From Anthoceros angustus (taxonomy: Eukaryota; Plantae; Anthocerotophyta), in contig MU008157.1 in NCBI GenBank assembly GCA_010909165.1, positions 310,001 to 374,000 on the forward strand: DNA of 64,000 bases, given 5' to 3'. Positions 48,616-61,442 of the stretch are shown piece by piece. Position 1 is the first letter of the stretch. Each line of letters opens with the position of its first letter. Below the pieces are notes generated by a model, which did no database searches, was not told the DNA's origin, and saw only the letters and a program-made list of their open reading frames with translations. The translations under genes were made by a program, and so were the position numbers.

Positions 48616-51600
48616 TCAGGCAGGGGCTCCAGTTTGTCTCCACAACGTGCGCTTCACCATCAGAGCTTCCAACCTTCTCAGTATGTGCAAGAGAGACTCA
48701 TACAACGCGGCCGTCCTGTGCGTCAGCCCCATCGTCAGCTCCATCGCCTCTGGCAATTCACACCATAACAAGGCTGATGAACCACACCTCCTGGTCACAT
48801 CATCATACTGTCCATCTGAACGTTGGGTCTAAAGGAATGCAAGCGTTATCTTACGCTACTCACCCACTCGCAGCCGCAGCCGAGCGTAAGCCAATCGACC
48901 CTTCAAGTATGCCCATACTCCTTGCTTCTGCCACCCTGTGATGATGACAGATTTTCGGTCATTGCCTTGTACCCACATCACGAGCAGTGGGACTTCGATC
49001 TGACCCAAGAACGAAAGAGTTCAACTGTACCAGGTTCTCCCCGATGCTCCAAAGCTAGACCAGTTACAGCGTACTTGGCATTTACAAACAGCCGCAGGCG
49101 TGGTTGAGCACCCAATTTACTAGTAATACTCCGCAGAAGACCGCTGTCACAAGAACAAACACAGCATTCAACTGACAAATGTAAGGACCTCAGATTGGCT
49201 TTTGTTTTCATCTCCATTTAGCGCATGTCACACAGCTTCCGCATTGACACAAAACAAACAAATCTTTCCACGCAAATGCAACTGACCACAACTTACTCTG
49301 TTCGTAGAACCATCAAAAAGTCCCGAGGGAGAGCCTCCATAAACTGAGAAATGTCTCCCATTGTAAAGCGCCTAACCTCCTCCCTTAACTCCTGCCTTTC
49401 CTCCTTAGACATACCTTGACCAAATCCAGATTTACTAATACACAAGGTTCACAACTTCAGAATGACCAGCAACAAGTTGTGGCACCAAGACTATACAAAG
49501 GTACAAATGATCTCTACCTGCCCCACCATACATCTGGCATACTGTGAGCACCTATAACACTAGTTTGTTTGGCCCAATTACACCCTCCCTCCTTCCAGTG
49601 GATCTGAATCTACTACTGCAAGCTAGCACCAACTTCACCACCTTGACACCAGTCACAACAAGATGCTGATGGAGGCCAGGTGCTCAATTCATACCTGTCA
49701 ACAGTTCGCCCTGTAAATATGACAGGCAGATATCTTGCAAACTTCCCAGCACCTAAACGTTCACCAGTTCGCTGCATTTCAAGTGGGTCGAGCAGAATCA
49801 GAGCCTTCCAGAGGCGACAATAGTCTGACCTGAATGCCTCATCCAACTCCCTATAGAGTCCATGATCTAGCAGAACTGTAAAGTCATTCACCACAACAGG
49901 TCAGTACACCATGCAGCCACAGTCCACAAATAAAATCTACAGTGATGTTAGACAGTCAAAGAAGGGCAGCTTGAGGATGAATCGTACTCAAGCGGAATGT
50001 TTTCCCTCCACCCCAGATATGCGCCCTTTCTGGTGCAACAAGGATGTTACCAGGATGAGGGTCTCCATGAACATAGCCATGGCAAAAAACCATTTCTGCA
50101 AATACTTCTACTAATACTCGGGAAACCTGAGACATCCAAGGCGACAGGGGTCCAACACCTCATGAAAATCCAGCAAACAAAATTACTCAAAACACAAGCT
50201 CATTATTGGTGAGACGAAAACCGATGATGTTACCTCACTTGGTTCCAGACCAGCTTTCTCTAATGCAACCACGTCATCAACCTACATAGTTACTACATGG
50301 TTAAAACCAGTTGATCAGCAGCTGATGTCACTTACATCATGGTAGAATTTGGCAGCCAGCTCAACAGGCAACTAACAGCGGACCTTGCATCCCCGGACAA
50401 ACTCCATTGTCAAAATTCGCTTTGTTGTGAGGCCCTGGAGATTTCACATAGACAAACATGAATCAGACTCTCAGCTGCACATCTGACTTTCGTCCAACAA
50501 TGTGTGAATAAAGCACTGCCCTACCCAGTGTATGGAAGGTATCTTGATGTCATTTCTGCCACTGAAATCACTAGCAGTACGCTCCGCGTTCTTTCCTTCT
50601 TGTACAAAATCTTCAGACATACCACAAAAGAGAGGTAAGCCAATCTGCACACAAAAGAAATACAGCACAAAGATCTTCGAATCCTTGGTAAAGATTCAAA
50701 AGTTACCAAGCTCTTTGGACAGATTCTCCCGGAACTCAGGTACAATCCACTCAAATTGATAGTCTGGAAACAACTGTACAAACGGATGAGATGGTGGTAG
50801 TAGATTTGAGGCAAGAATCAGCAGTTAGAGCCCTCAGAAAAACCAATGAAAAAGTGGATAAATGTCACACGCCCTTACCCATGTAACAGCCTTTGAAAGG
50901 AAAGCCATTGTTGCAATGTCAAGCTCAAACTGCTGCTGTAGACCTGGGTATTGAACCTGCTCATAAAGGAATTGGTCAGCAGAGCAGAAGGAGCACACTT
51001 CTCCAAAACCTTTGAAATGTCAGTGACACCAACGAGGAAGGTCACCCGAAGTCGCAGTTGGCAGCCAACCTTCTATCAACTGGAGCACTAGTGAACCAAC
51101 CGAAGCATGAAGAACAAGCATGCAACAGTGGGGCATCACCTTCACTGCGACTTCTTCCCCATCCGCTAGCTGTGCATGGTGTACTTGTGCCAGAGAAGCA
51201 GCAGCAATTGGTTGCTCATCAAATTCTTCAAATCTGACACGGTAGCTAGTCAAAGGAGGCAGAGATAGAGACTGTCTTCACACCCCACTCTACAGTCGTA
51301 ACACAGAAGCAGTACTGCTCCTTAAAGTGCATACAAAGCTGTGATCATGAGCCAGAGATTCTAACTCGTCACCCTACATTTCGTGGGCACTTCTGCCGAA
51401 TTCTTCAAGAAAAACTCTTTGCATGGTCTTGAACGGCCAGAAACTAGCCTGCAAACACGGGTGACATCTCAAGCATGTGACTATTTGCACAAATGCCGCT
51501 TGGGTACGTGAAAAGCAATGGATATGTGAACCTGCTGTGTATTCTTCAAATACCTTATCCTGCAGAACAGAAAGTGTAGCAACATATTCCTTGGGCATGT

Positions 51601-52219
51601 GTTGCAGTGAAGCCAGGAATTGACCGGCCTTGATGTAGAACCCTCTGTTGGTTTCACAAAGCCACAGAATACGCTTTGCTGCTCGCAAGTGCACCTGCCC
51701 GCAGGATTGCAATTTGCTGTCAATGGGATAGCATTGCAGCGGTGATCAACTCCCTTATCATACATAACCGACTCTCAAACTGACCAACCTGATCGCGTAC
51801 AACATAAAATTCCTCAGATGTCTTGTCATGGGGACTTAAAGAAATCTTGTAGTCCATCGTGTTGACAGCAAACTGCACATTGGCAATTGCACAACCTTCC
51901 ATCACGATTTTGCACTCCTGAGCAAAACACCAGCCTTAAACCTTAAACCCTGCAATACCGCATAGACAGCGCGAGAAGACCGCAGGAGGCCCTGCCCTGC
52001 AGTCACAATGGCTGCCTGGACTGGATGCTCCATCCAGCTTCCGAAGATAGAAGTCGCGCCCTCCAGCCATGCGGGGGCCGGAGACGGCAGATCAAGTGAA
52101 AACGCAGCCAATGCGGCTCTTGACTGGCTGAGAGTGGAGCTGTCCGTGGCAACCACAATTGACACACTTGCCATGGCCGCAGCCGCAAGGCGCCATCGCT
52201 GGCGCAACAGCGCTGCCAT
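48616..52219 (-). CDS. ABC1K14: ABC1/ADCK1-like atypical kinase, ABC1K14-like (multi-exon; last exon uncertain)
   Basis: LLRSSRAVY, VHLRAAKRILWLCETNRGFYIKAGQF, FDEQPIAAASLAQVHHA, EVAVKVQYPGL, CLGHPGNIL-type catalytic loop region, LLDHGLYRELDEAFRSDYCRLW, GLLRSITSKLGAQPRLRL...KYAV. Confidence 0.82.
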
Positions 52220-53116
52220 GACCGAAGCTCGCGAGAAGTGTTATTCACGCCGGTGTGGACCGTGAGGTACACACTACACAGACATGAAATGCTTCTCGGT
52301 CAATTTCGGAAAACGTTGTCCGAAGGGTTGGCTTGTGCTGGCTGAGATGCTTTTTGTGTTCGATGACTTCGGCCTGTTGGCAAAGCTGCTGCTGTGTCCG
52401 AGAAGTCTTAAACGCGCCCGTGAGGTACACAGACATGCAGTGCCTGTGTCTATTTCCGACAACGTTGTCTGGTGGGTTGGCCCGCTAGCTCAGATGCTTC
52501 TTGTGTTTTAGGGATGTGGCATGCTGCCGGACATGATTGTGCGTCCAAACTCTCGGCTTAGAGCCGTCATTTACGAGTCCGACACAAATGCGGGTGGCGA
52601 TCACTCTCCGATAACGGCAGACGAAGTGGAAGTTCCTTTGTCACACTCGGAGTCCCCGAGAGTGGCCCAGTCCTTCACAGCATTGAGAGCTTAGGAACGA
52701 AACCCCATGCCAACATCCAACTATGAGTTGAGTGCTTTCGCTGCAAGCACTCTGAACATGAACTATTGGAGCTGGAATCTGTGAGGCTGCTGGCACAAGG
52801 TTTGCCTGGCCTGGACACAACATGCAAGAAACACCACTTCCAACATGGGATCGTCAGGAAACAAGCCTCAATTCAAGGTTTAGTCTGCAACCACGGCCCG
52901 TAACCAAAGTTGCTTGGAAGCGTAAGCGCCAGCAAAATTGCTTGGAGGCGTGTACAACAAAACCTAGTAGTGACCAGCTCTAGCACCAAGTCACGCAACT
53001 TACCAAGTCGGGGAGGAAGAAGAGTCTCTACAAAACTTGGAGTAGTGTAACAGACAGCAGGGAATGCCCTGGCCAATCACAGCTTTCTAATGGCTCCTGG
53101 TGAGCATAACAATGTC

Positions 53117-53491
53117 CTAGTCAAACAAAGAAAAGCCCATATCATCGTCACTCTCCTCCTCTTTCTCAGCAGGTTTCTCTGGTTCCTTCTCTGCAACAGC
53201 AGCAGCCGAGCTCCCTCCAGCTGCGGCCGGTGCTGCACCAGCACTGAATGCAGCGCCGCCGCCGCCTCCGCCTCCTCCTATGATCACCTGGGCCACGGCA
53301 GAAGTAGGAGTGATGATGGAGAAGGAGGAGGAAAGACCTCCAGAGCCCCCCGTTGCTAGGGCCAAGCTGTTGAGCTTGCGTTGCAATTCATATGGCGTAG
53401 CGGCGCTGCTCTCCAAACCCTCATCCCCGAAGGCCTGCTTCGCGGTCCAAGTGCCCCCAGACAAGCGACAGACAAAAGTGTACACCGCCAT
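53117..53491 (-). CDS. RPP3: 60S acidic ribosomal protein P3 (plant-specific), intronless
   Basis: MAVYTFVCR..GGTWTAKQ, YELQRKL, SSSFSIITPTSAVAQVIIGGG, C-terminal EEESDDDMGFSLFD. Confidence 0.95.
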   Translation of the reverse strand: MAVYTFVCRLSGGTWTAKQAFGDEGLESSAATPYELQRKLNSLALATGGSGGLSSSFSIITPTSAVAQVIIGGGGGGGGAAFSAGAAPAAAGGSSAAAVAEKEPEKPAEKEEESDDDMGFSLFD

Positions 53492-53589
53492 GGCCGATAG
53501 CAAACGATGCTGCGCCCCGTAGAAAGCTGGTTAGGAGACGATCTGGCGATGAAGCCCAAAAGAAAGACTGCTGGACCGGGCGCCTTGAA

Positions 53590-53597
53590 AAACCCTA
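53590..53597. promoter_or_regulatory. Telo-box (AAACCCTA) about 100 bp upstream of RPP3
   Basis: AAACCCTAG; telo-boxes are typical of plant ribosomal-protein promoters. Confidence 0.55.
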
Positions 53598-55039
53598 GAG
53601 CGCGCCGTAACAAACCCTCTTCGGATTTCGCTCCGTATGTAAATAAAGTGGTGCAAATCTGTTCATAGTTATTTGGCTGTGGTGAGGGGACCTTTGTGCG
53701 TCATTACAACCCAACTTTCGCAATTCCCTCCGCCAAGGCATATCACGACCTTATTAGGCACCGAGCAAAATGACCTCTGTCGTAACTTTTGGAGGCCAGC
53801 AATCCTAAAAACACATACCTAGTAAAATATAGTACAGTTGGAGATATATATATGTATATATATATTTTTATAATCTAGTGATATATAGGCCTTCTTTATG
53901 ATATTTAATTATAAGTATTATAAGTAATTTAATTATAAACTTTATATTTTTTATTCTCATAATTTTAGAGTCTTCCCAAACTGTCATTATGGTTTATGGA
54001 TCCACCAATTTCAACTTACTCAGGGAAAGGTTTTTGCTTAATATTTTATTTTATATTCCTCATCTTTTTTATTAAATTTACCAAATAATATATTTTTCCT
54101 CCTTTGGTCCATTTGCATCTTGTATTCTAGTGAGTTAGCACAAACTTGAAGAAGTAAATGAAGGTCATTTTTTAATAATATATTATTTTATATATAATTA
54201 CTTATTTCATTTTTGAAGGTTGAAGATTCAACGTCTCCCGCTGAAGAACTCACTCAGTTTTGGAACTACATAGTGTCGTTAGTTAGTTTCACCACAAAAT
54301 ATGCAAACTCTATTGCTTGAGAAAAAGTTGTACCTCAAAGGTGCTATAGGATATCATGATGGAAACTCGACACCTGAGGCATTGAAATAAGCAATGGCCA
54401 TTGAATGTAATATGCTCAAGTGTACCACAGAATTTTTCATTTTTTTGTCCTTTCGGTATATAAGATTTACAATTAAGTATGTCATATGCATCACGTCATG
54501 TACCACATTATGCCTGGTTCGGGGTAGCTAAAACGTATGTGTTGGTGTGCAATTGGTTTTAAATGTTATTAATTAATTAATTAATCGATTAGTTAATCAA
54601 TTAATCAATTAAAAGTGATCTTTCAATCTCACTAACAATCATGCAGTGTTGAAAAATACTACTAGTGCAAACCTTCATTCTCATGCAGCCATTTAAATGA
54701 ATGCGGACTTCCACACCAACATGCACATAATACCTCTTATTAGGATTACTCTGAGCTCACACAAGCACCATAGTCGTGCATCATGTATGTGAACTAGTCC
54801 AATTTCTCCATGGTCATATGCTTGACTCTCTTGAACAACAATGCGCGTTTCTCCAGCTTTTAGACGCACGATCCAAATCATTTTACTCTTCAGGTTCCTT
54901 CATCTCTACTTTTTGAACAATAGAAAGTTATTGGCGACACCCAAACAACACAAAATATGGTGAGTTCCTAAGTAGCTCTTACTACCTAGGAACTTGCCAC
55001 ACACATCATCACACACCCCAAGCTGGTGTCTGCAATTTG

Positions 55040-58000
55040 TTCTCTCTCTGCGATTTCTTCTCTCTATGATGGGGCGGTCCACACCTTCTGTGACCGTCAA
55101 GGACACTCCCTATCCAGCCTGTGCTCAGGTCTATTGTGGCGTTATGGGGGTGAAAACCCATATTGGGCACATGCACAAGGACTTCGACTAGACTACTTGG
55201 GCTGCCCAAGTACGTCTTGCGACCTCCACCAGCTCCGTGGCTCAGGCTTCGGCGTCCGGTGTTGTCCTTCAAGGGGTGCCTCTCTCATCATGGGAATGGT
55301 TGCGAACTCGGCAGGATCACATCCTTGGGGTTGTTTGAAACCCGCTTTCCATGCCCGCGCATCTTTCGCAGGATTCCAAGACACCTCCATACTGATGCCC
55401 GCTTAGCGTTCCGTCCTCCTCTCAATCGCCTTGTGCTCCACTCCTAGGATGAGGTTGCCTGGCGTCTTCTTTTGCTTCTGCCCAGGTGGGGTTTGCATTG
55501 TATTTGGGGTGGGGTTCTAATCATCGTGATTGTGCGCGCCCGGCTAACCGACAGCGAAAGTCGCGCCACAACAAGACATGGGGAGTTTTGGATTTCAAGG
55601 GGCTCAGCTTGGGGATGCGCATGATGTTGACGCCCCACCCGTGGAACCCGTAGTGCCAGCAGCGGAAGCCTTAGTTCCAAGAGCACGATTGTCCGGCACT
55701 GAGCGGTCCAGACGATGTAGGGCGCGGCAAAGAGAGCTAATCGCCACTTCTAGAGTGAGGGGGCCATCCGAGGCATGTTGCCAGGCGATTGCACGAGACT
55801 TGGGGTCCATTTTCTTGCATAGAACCCGTCATTTTAGTGCGCAAGGCAGGTCCAGGGTATTGGAATCGTTTTCTCGGCTCCGTAGTCAGTTTCGACTCTT
55901 AAGAAGTTTCGTGCTTCCACGGTGGGGAGGGAGGGCAGTCTGCAAGGGCCACAAACCAGGCTTTGGAGTCCATCAGGGCTGCCATGGGAAGGCTGTAAGG
56001 TGTCCAAGCAAGCGACAAGCTGAAAGCTCGGCAGACCTTCATGAACATTGTTCTGTCACAAGGTGTAGGCCAAGATGCGGGTGCAGCTGCCATGGGTTGC
56101 ATTCTTGGGGTCAGCCGACGAGTTGTAGCGCGGCATGTTCAAGCTCATTAAGAGATACACAGGGCTGAGAAGGATGTGAAATGGTGTGGGGGAGGACGGA
56201 AGGTGAGAGCAGATGCGTTGAGCGCTTCAGTGAAGGCCTGTATTGAATAATTTTGGGAGCAATCATCACGTCCTTCTTCGAACCCTAAGGACGCAAAGCG
56301 GCAACGTGTGGCGCCATTTGTGTTTCGCAAGCACATCATCCATTTCCTCGATACCTCATAGGCTAGGTGACCACTTGTTTTGTTTACCATTGCTGGACAC
56401 CATAGCCTGGTATGTACAGTGTCTACCGCTTGGTTAGATGATCGGGCGGAATCCGTCCCGCAGGTGGAACAAACCCCGGGTGTGGTAGCGAACCTGCAGC
56501 GCTGCAAGTTGTTAGGTCAAGTAGGCAAATATGCACGCACTGCTAGGGCTCTTCAACCCCTTCCTTTGGCCCCTGCTTCTGAGGAGACCATTGCGGCCCT
56601 TCGTGCCCTCCATCCAGCCCCAAAGGATGCCATCCCCCCGGACATACTCAACTATGTTCTTGAGGAACTCTTCTCCATGGACCGCGCGGGTTTTGCTCTG
56701 GTTCTCTCTACGGCCCCACGTCTTTCTTTTGCCGGGCTGTCTAGGACGGTGTTTGAGCGTCTTCAAAATCTATTTCTCCCTGAAGTCCATCTAGCGGCTT
56801 TTCTCAGCTCTTTTCCATGGTTGTTATTGTGGCACGGGAGGAAACGCCTCATCAGATCTCTCAAGTCCTTGCAACTAGTAGGCTCATCGCTATGGACAAG
56901 CCTGCCCCAAGCTTTGGCATGCGTCCACTCGCGGTTGGGAAAGCCTTCATGTGGCTCCTTAATTGTATTATTGCTCTTCAGTGTCGCCCCTCCTCCAGCA
57001 GCACCTTAACCCCCTCAATTTGGCATTGCCACTCCGGGGGGTGCGAGTCTATGGTGTTTGGCGAGCATGCTGGCAGGCCTTGACACCTACTCGGAGTAGG
57101 TGGTTTTACAAGTAGATGTTGAGAATGCCTTCAATACCATTTGCAGAAGCGTCATCTTCGAGGAGCTTAAGGACGTTGGTGGTGTCCTAAGGAGCCTTAT
57201 ACCTTTTGTCCGGTGCGTCTACAGGAAGTCTTCCAACCTCTACTATCAGGACAGGAGCGTTTCTTCGGGATTTGCTGTTTCCGTCTTGGAATCAGCCACA
57301 GGTACCAGGCAAGCGACCCTCTTGGCGGTGCCCTCTTCGCCATCACCCACTACGGGGCCCTTTCCAGGGCTGCTTCCTTTACGCGCGAGTGTGTCCTCCC
57401 GTCGCTGGCAAATGACTCTCAAATCCTTGGGCCTGGGGAGAGGTCAAGGAGGCCTAGGCTGACTAGGGGCTCTTCTCCCATAAGCTTTCTTTGGTTGGCT
57501 TGAAGGTCAAGCTCTCCAAGTGTCGCGTCTCGACCCCATCGGGCATCCTCCCCACCTTGCAGTTCCTTGTTGTGGAGATTACTCTGATCTTGGATCTACG
57601 GATTTCGGCTCTTTTGACTTCATCGGGAGCTTCCTGGACCAGGCTCTTATGGAGGACCTTTCCCATGTCGAGGACCTCCCTGTGTTGGGGGATGCTCAGA
57701 TGGCCTTCAGAATTCTTTCCTCCTGCTTCGCTAGGCGCCTTGGTTACCTCACCCGCATGCTCCCCTCATCTCTGATTCTCCCGTCTCGATTGCAGGGGTT
57801 TGACAAGAAGATAATGAATACTCTTGGGGACATCATGGGACTAGGGGCTTTCAAGTGTCTTGCGACGACGGCTCACAAGCTGGCCCATGCCAACACCGGG
57901 CTGGCCGGCCTACTTTCACTCGAGGTTTCTTCCCCGGCGGCTTGTTTAGGCAGTTGGGCCCTATCAGCTCCTGCTCTGGCCTCTTGCTTCATTTTCCAGG

Positions 58001-58800
58001 ACGGGCCCTTTCTAAAGGATCTTGTGTCTAGTGTGGAGGAGGCAACCTTCCCTCTCCAAATTTCTTTAAGGCAGGCTAGGGAAATACTTTCTACGGATAC
58101 TTGGCGGAAATTTCCTCCTTTCTCGATATTCATCTCCGAGAGCATTGTTGCTTGACAAGCTACGAGTGTGGCTCTGCCCTCGATGACTCTGGGGTTCACC
58201 TTGCTCGTTGTCCCCATGGATATCATCACATCACCACCCACGACGCTCTCCGCGATGGCATGTTTGCCATAGCTCGCGAAAGCGGCTACATGGGTTGGAG
58301 GGAGCGAGGGTACACTCTTTGTACATGTCGCTCAATCAGGGCTGACTTGTACTTTGTTCGCGGTCACCACGTTTGATGTGAGGCAGTGGTGGTTCTGACC
58401 GCCGAGACACCATCTCTGAGGTTATCACACCACCGCCAAACACCATCTCTGCTGAGGTTATCACTGACCCTGCTCGAGACACCATCTCTGCTCAGGTTAT
58501 CACCACCGCCCCTAGCTGCAGCCCAAGGTCGTAGCACATGGATGCAAGCGGGCCACTTCTTTATTCCGCTCGCACTCGAAACGTATGGGGCAATGGCTGT
58601 GGACTTCGATAAATTTCTCAAGTCCTATGCCAAATCCTACCACGCCCGCAGGCATGGGGCGGGGCTGTCCCTTTCTTATTTCACAGCTTACTTCAGATAG
58701 CGAGTCTCTATTGCCCTTCAAAGTGCCCTCTCGACGGCAATCCTTCACAAGGCGGCGACGGCAAGTGACGCTTCTTCCTCTTCCTCCGTGGTTTGTAGGC
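55040..58800 (+). mobile_element. Decayed non-LTR retrotransposon of the RLE type (CRE/NeSL-like)
   Basis: N-terminal C2H2-like finger remnant (PACAQVYCGVMGVKTHIGHMH, about 55105-55175). RT motifs LRALHP, MRPLAVG, VDVENAFN, RQGDPLGGALF (frameshifted), LANDSQILGP, GLKVKLSKC. C-terminal CCHC ECGSALDDSGVHLARC, HDALRD, RADL and FIPLALETYG. No APE endonuclease seen. Confidence 0.82.
58404..58510 (+). repeat. About 36-bp tandem repeat x3 inside the RLE domain
   Basis: ACACCATCTCTG(CT)GAGGTTATCAC core at about 58407, 58440 and 58479. Confidence 0.85.
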
Positions 58801-61442
58801 CATTTGTTCTTCCTGCATATGATGTTCTGGGACTTCAGTAGGTAACTTTAGTCTCTCCTTCTTACCTTGATCCCCGAGGTCCACCTTAGTTATCCCGTGC
58901 TGAATGGGTTTTTTCTATCCTTTTTTTCCCCTTCATAAAATACTTCTTACAACATGGATTTGAATACATTAAATACAACATAAAGTTTACAGCAAAGAGT
59001 TAAATTCATCAAACACAATACGAAATTCTTATAGGATTAGATTGAAAAAGTGGTCGGTGTGAGGGTCTAGTCTCACTACACTTAAATGTGCGTGCCGTGA
59101 TCCTTTAGAACTTTAAAGCCTTCATAGGCAAGGAGATGGAACTGCGTCTTTATTTGACAGATGACGAGGTCGACGGAATCGTTGAACGTCATAAAATAGT
59201 GTCTCATTGAAATGCGGATGATCTCTAATCCCCTTTTCAACCAGTTACCATATTTATTTAAAAAACATGTCACATGCGCAATATTTTTTAGAATTCTCCT
59301 GAGCATATCCTTGCATTCGGCAACGCCTAAAAAAAAACCTTTGAAAATGTCAAAGCCCTATGATGGCCCTTCCAAAACATGCCCGTCTTCAAGGATTATA
59401 CAATCTACGCGCTCATATAGTCCCCCAAGTACCAAGAAAGAAAGAAAAGTCGAAAGCAAAATGATACGGCGGAAGGTTGGTGTATCGAATGATGCATTCA
59501 AGAAACAAGCACCAAATAAGATGCTTGCACTTAACGCCTCCGATCAACGCCGCCGAGACACGCCCAAAACATATAAAGCAAGAAAACGTACACCGGTAGG
59601 CCGGTGCACTCCGTGCTAGTACCAACATCTGATAAACAACCCTCTTGGCATAGCAAGCTACTCGCTGAAGGGAGAGGCACTAATCCCAACTAGGGTAGAG
59701 GTTTCGGACCCTCGGCCGGGATCTAGGTTGGGTATTATCAAAGTCGCGGGTGCTTTTTGCAATGTATCCTCGTATCAGGAATTTACTTTAGTTAAAGCAG
59801 GGATATTCATTCGGAAATAGGATAAGGGTCAAAATTAAATTTGGGCTCCATCGAATGGTGCGTTTGTTGCCCTCCCGATGTGGCCTGTTCAGTAATTGAC
59901 AGCCGATACCCCGTCGCCACTGGAGGTCTGAAAGTTGGCCAAGGGCAAAAGGACTCTATGTTGTGGCATAACAGCTTCTCTCTGCACGATAGGGGCTATT
60001 CTCTACCAAAGGGGTTTGGGTCAGTAAAGGCCGAAAAATGACGCACCAAGACAAGCTAAAATACATCATCTCCAGAAAACTAGTTGTTTGTACATGTACA
60101 GAAAGACATTGACCAAGTTATGTTCTCATGAACACTTTATGCTGACGGGGTCTGAGCCAAAGAAGGTTCGCAAGTTTCAGCTTCAAGAGGAAGCGATTTC
60201 AAGGTATTTGGATAGGTGCCAAGAATCCTAGGCACTTCTTTCGTATGCGATAGTACTTCCTAGCAGGGTGAATACTAGGCAAGACAAACCAAACTAGCCC
60301 AACAAAGTCAAACTAGAGCTTACACAACTACACTTTGTTGCAAAACATAAAGAGTGCACTTGGAGTACACTTGGATGTCTGCATGTGTACCATACCTGCG
60401 AACGTTTGGTGTACCACGTACATTGGATAACGAAAAGCCACAAGGACCCTTCTCGAAAATAGTACTTAGTTTTGCTAGAAGGAGGTCTCGTTTGGCCGGT
60501 CTGGTACACCATACTCGAGCTTTTCCTTGACTGCTAGAATGCAAGGAACATACCCAGAAGTGCAAGTCATAGCTTTTGTCGGACAACAACAATAACCAGT
60601 TAGTCTATGAGCCTATGGCTGTAGCCACGGCCGGATCATGTGGTAGCCTTTGAGGAACCAACAATGTACCGGGGCCGGGTTGCTCGAGCTACGAGAATCA
60701 CTGTTTCTATTACATATTATAACTTATACATAGAAACCATTTTAATGTTTAAAGGCTACGTGATAGAAATTAAAGCTTGCAACAACCTTTCTTACTGGCG
60801 AAGGAAATAAGATACGTCGTACGGGGCAATACTATGAAAAAGAGAAACTTTATGTGGTCTAGGAGATTGAAGCATCTATCACGGGTTTGCAACACCTACT
60901 GTTATATGTATGGAGGGCTGCTCGGCACGCTCGGTTGGGTTGCTATACCTGGTGCGGGTCGGGATTAGTTATGAAGCTGTAGGGAATACGTGGTCGTAGA
61001 TGGATGTGGATAAAATGACATGGTGAGTGCGGGATCACATGTGGCAGCCGAAAGTTCCGACAAGTGTACTCAAACAAAATGTGGTGGAGCTGCCAAGCTA
61101 GACTAACCAGGCTGATAGCCAATGGGAGTGGAGAAAAATGAAACATTTTTCGGGGGCTCGAAACGCCCTTTTTTGTGAGGCTGGCAGATGCGGCTGCGTA
61201 CGCGGCTTCAGGCGCTTTCTTCCTGGAGAAGGGCAGAAGGCAGGTTGTGGGGGGCTTCACCGGGACTCTCGGAATCAGGTGGAAGCCAACCAGCCATCCA
61301 CGGGATTACAGAGAGAGAGCAGCGATCCCTCCTCCGGTTGCGGCTGCAAGCAAGCAATCGAGGTGCAGCCGGATCCGGGCAGCCGTAGCAGGGCAGCAGC
61401 GCAGCGGGATTGTGAGCCGTCGCGGCGAGCCAGGCCACAGAC

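Noticed and set aside
29674-52219. Two ABC1K genes as a gene cluster
   Set aside because: Different ancient subfamilies, about 15 kb apart with unrelated genes between; probably chance in a compact genome.
54560-54620. (TTAA)n palindromic tract as a cruciform element
   Set aside because: Ordinary low-complexity AT-rich intergenic sequence.
59000-60760. Short ORFs as a further transposon or gene
   Set aside because: No consistent frame, domain motif or terminal repeats recognised.
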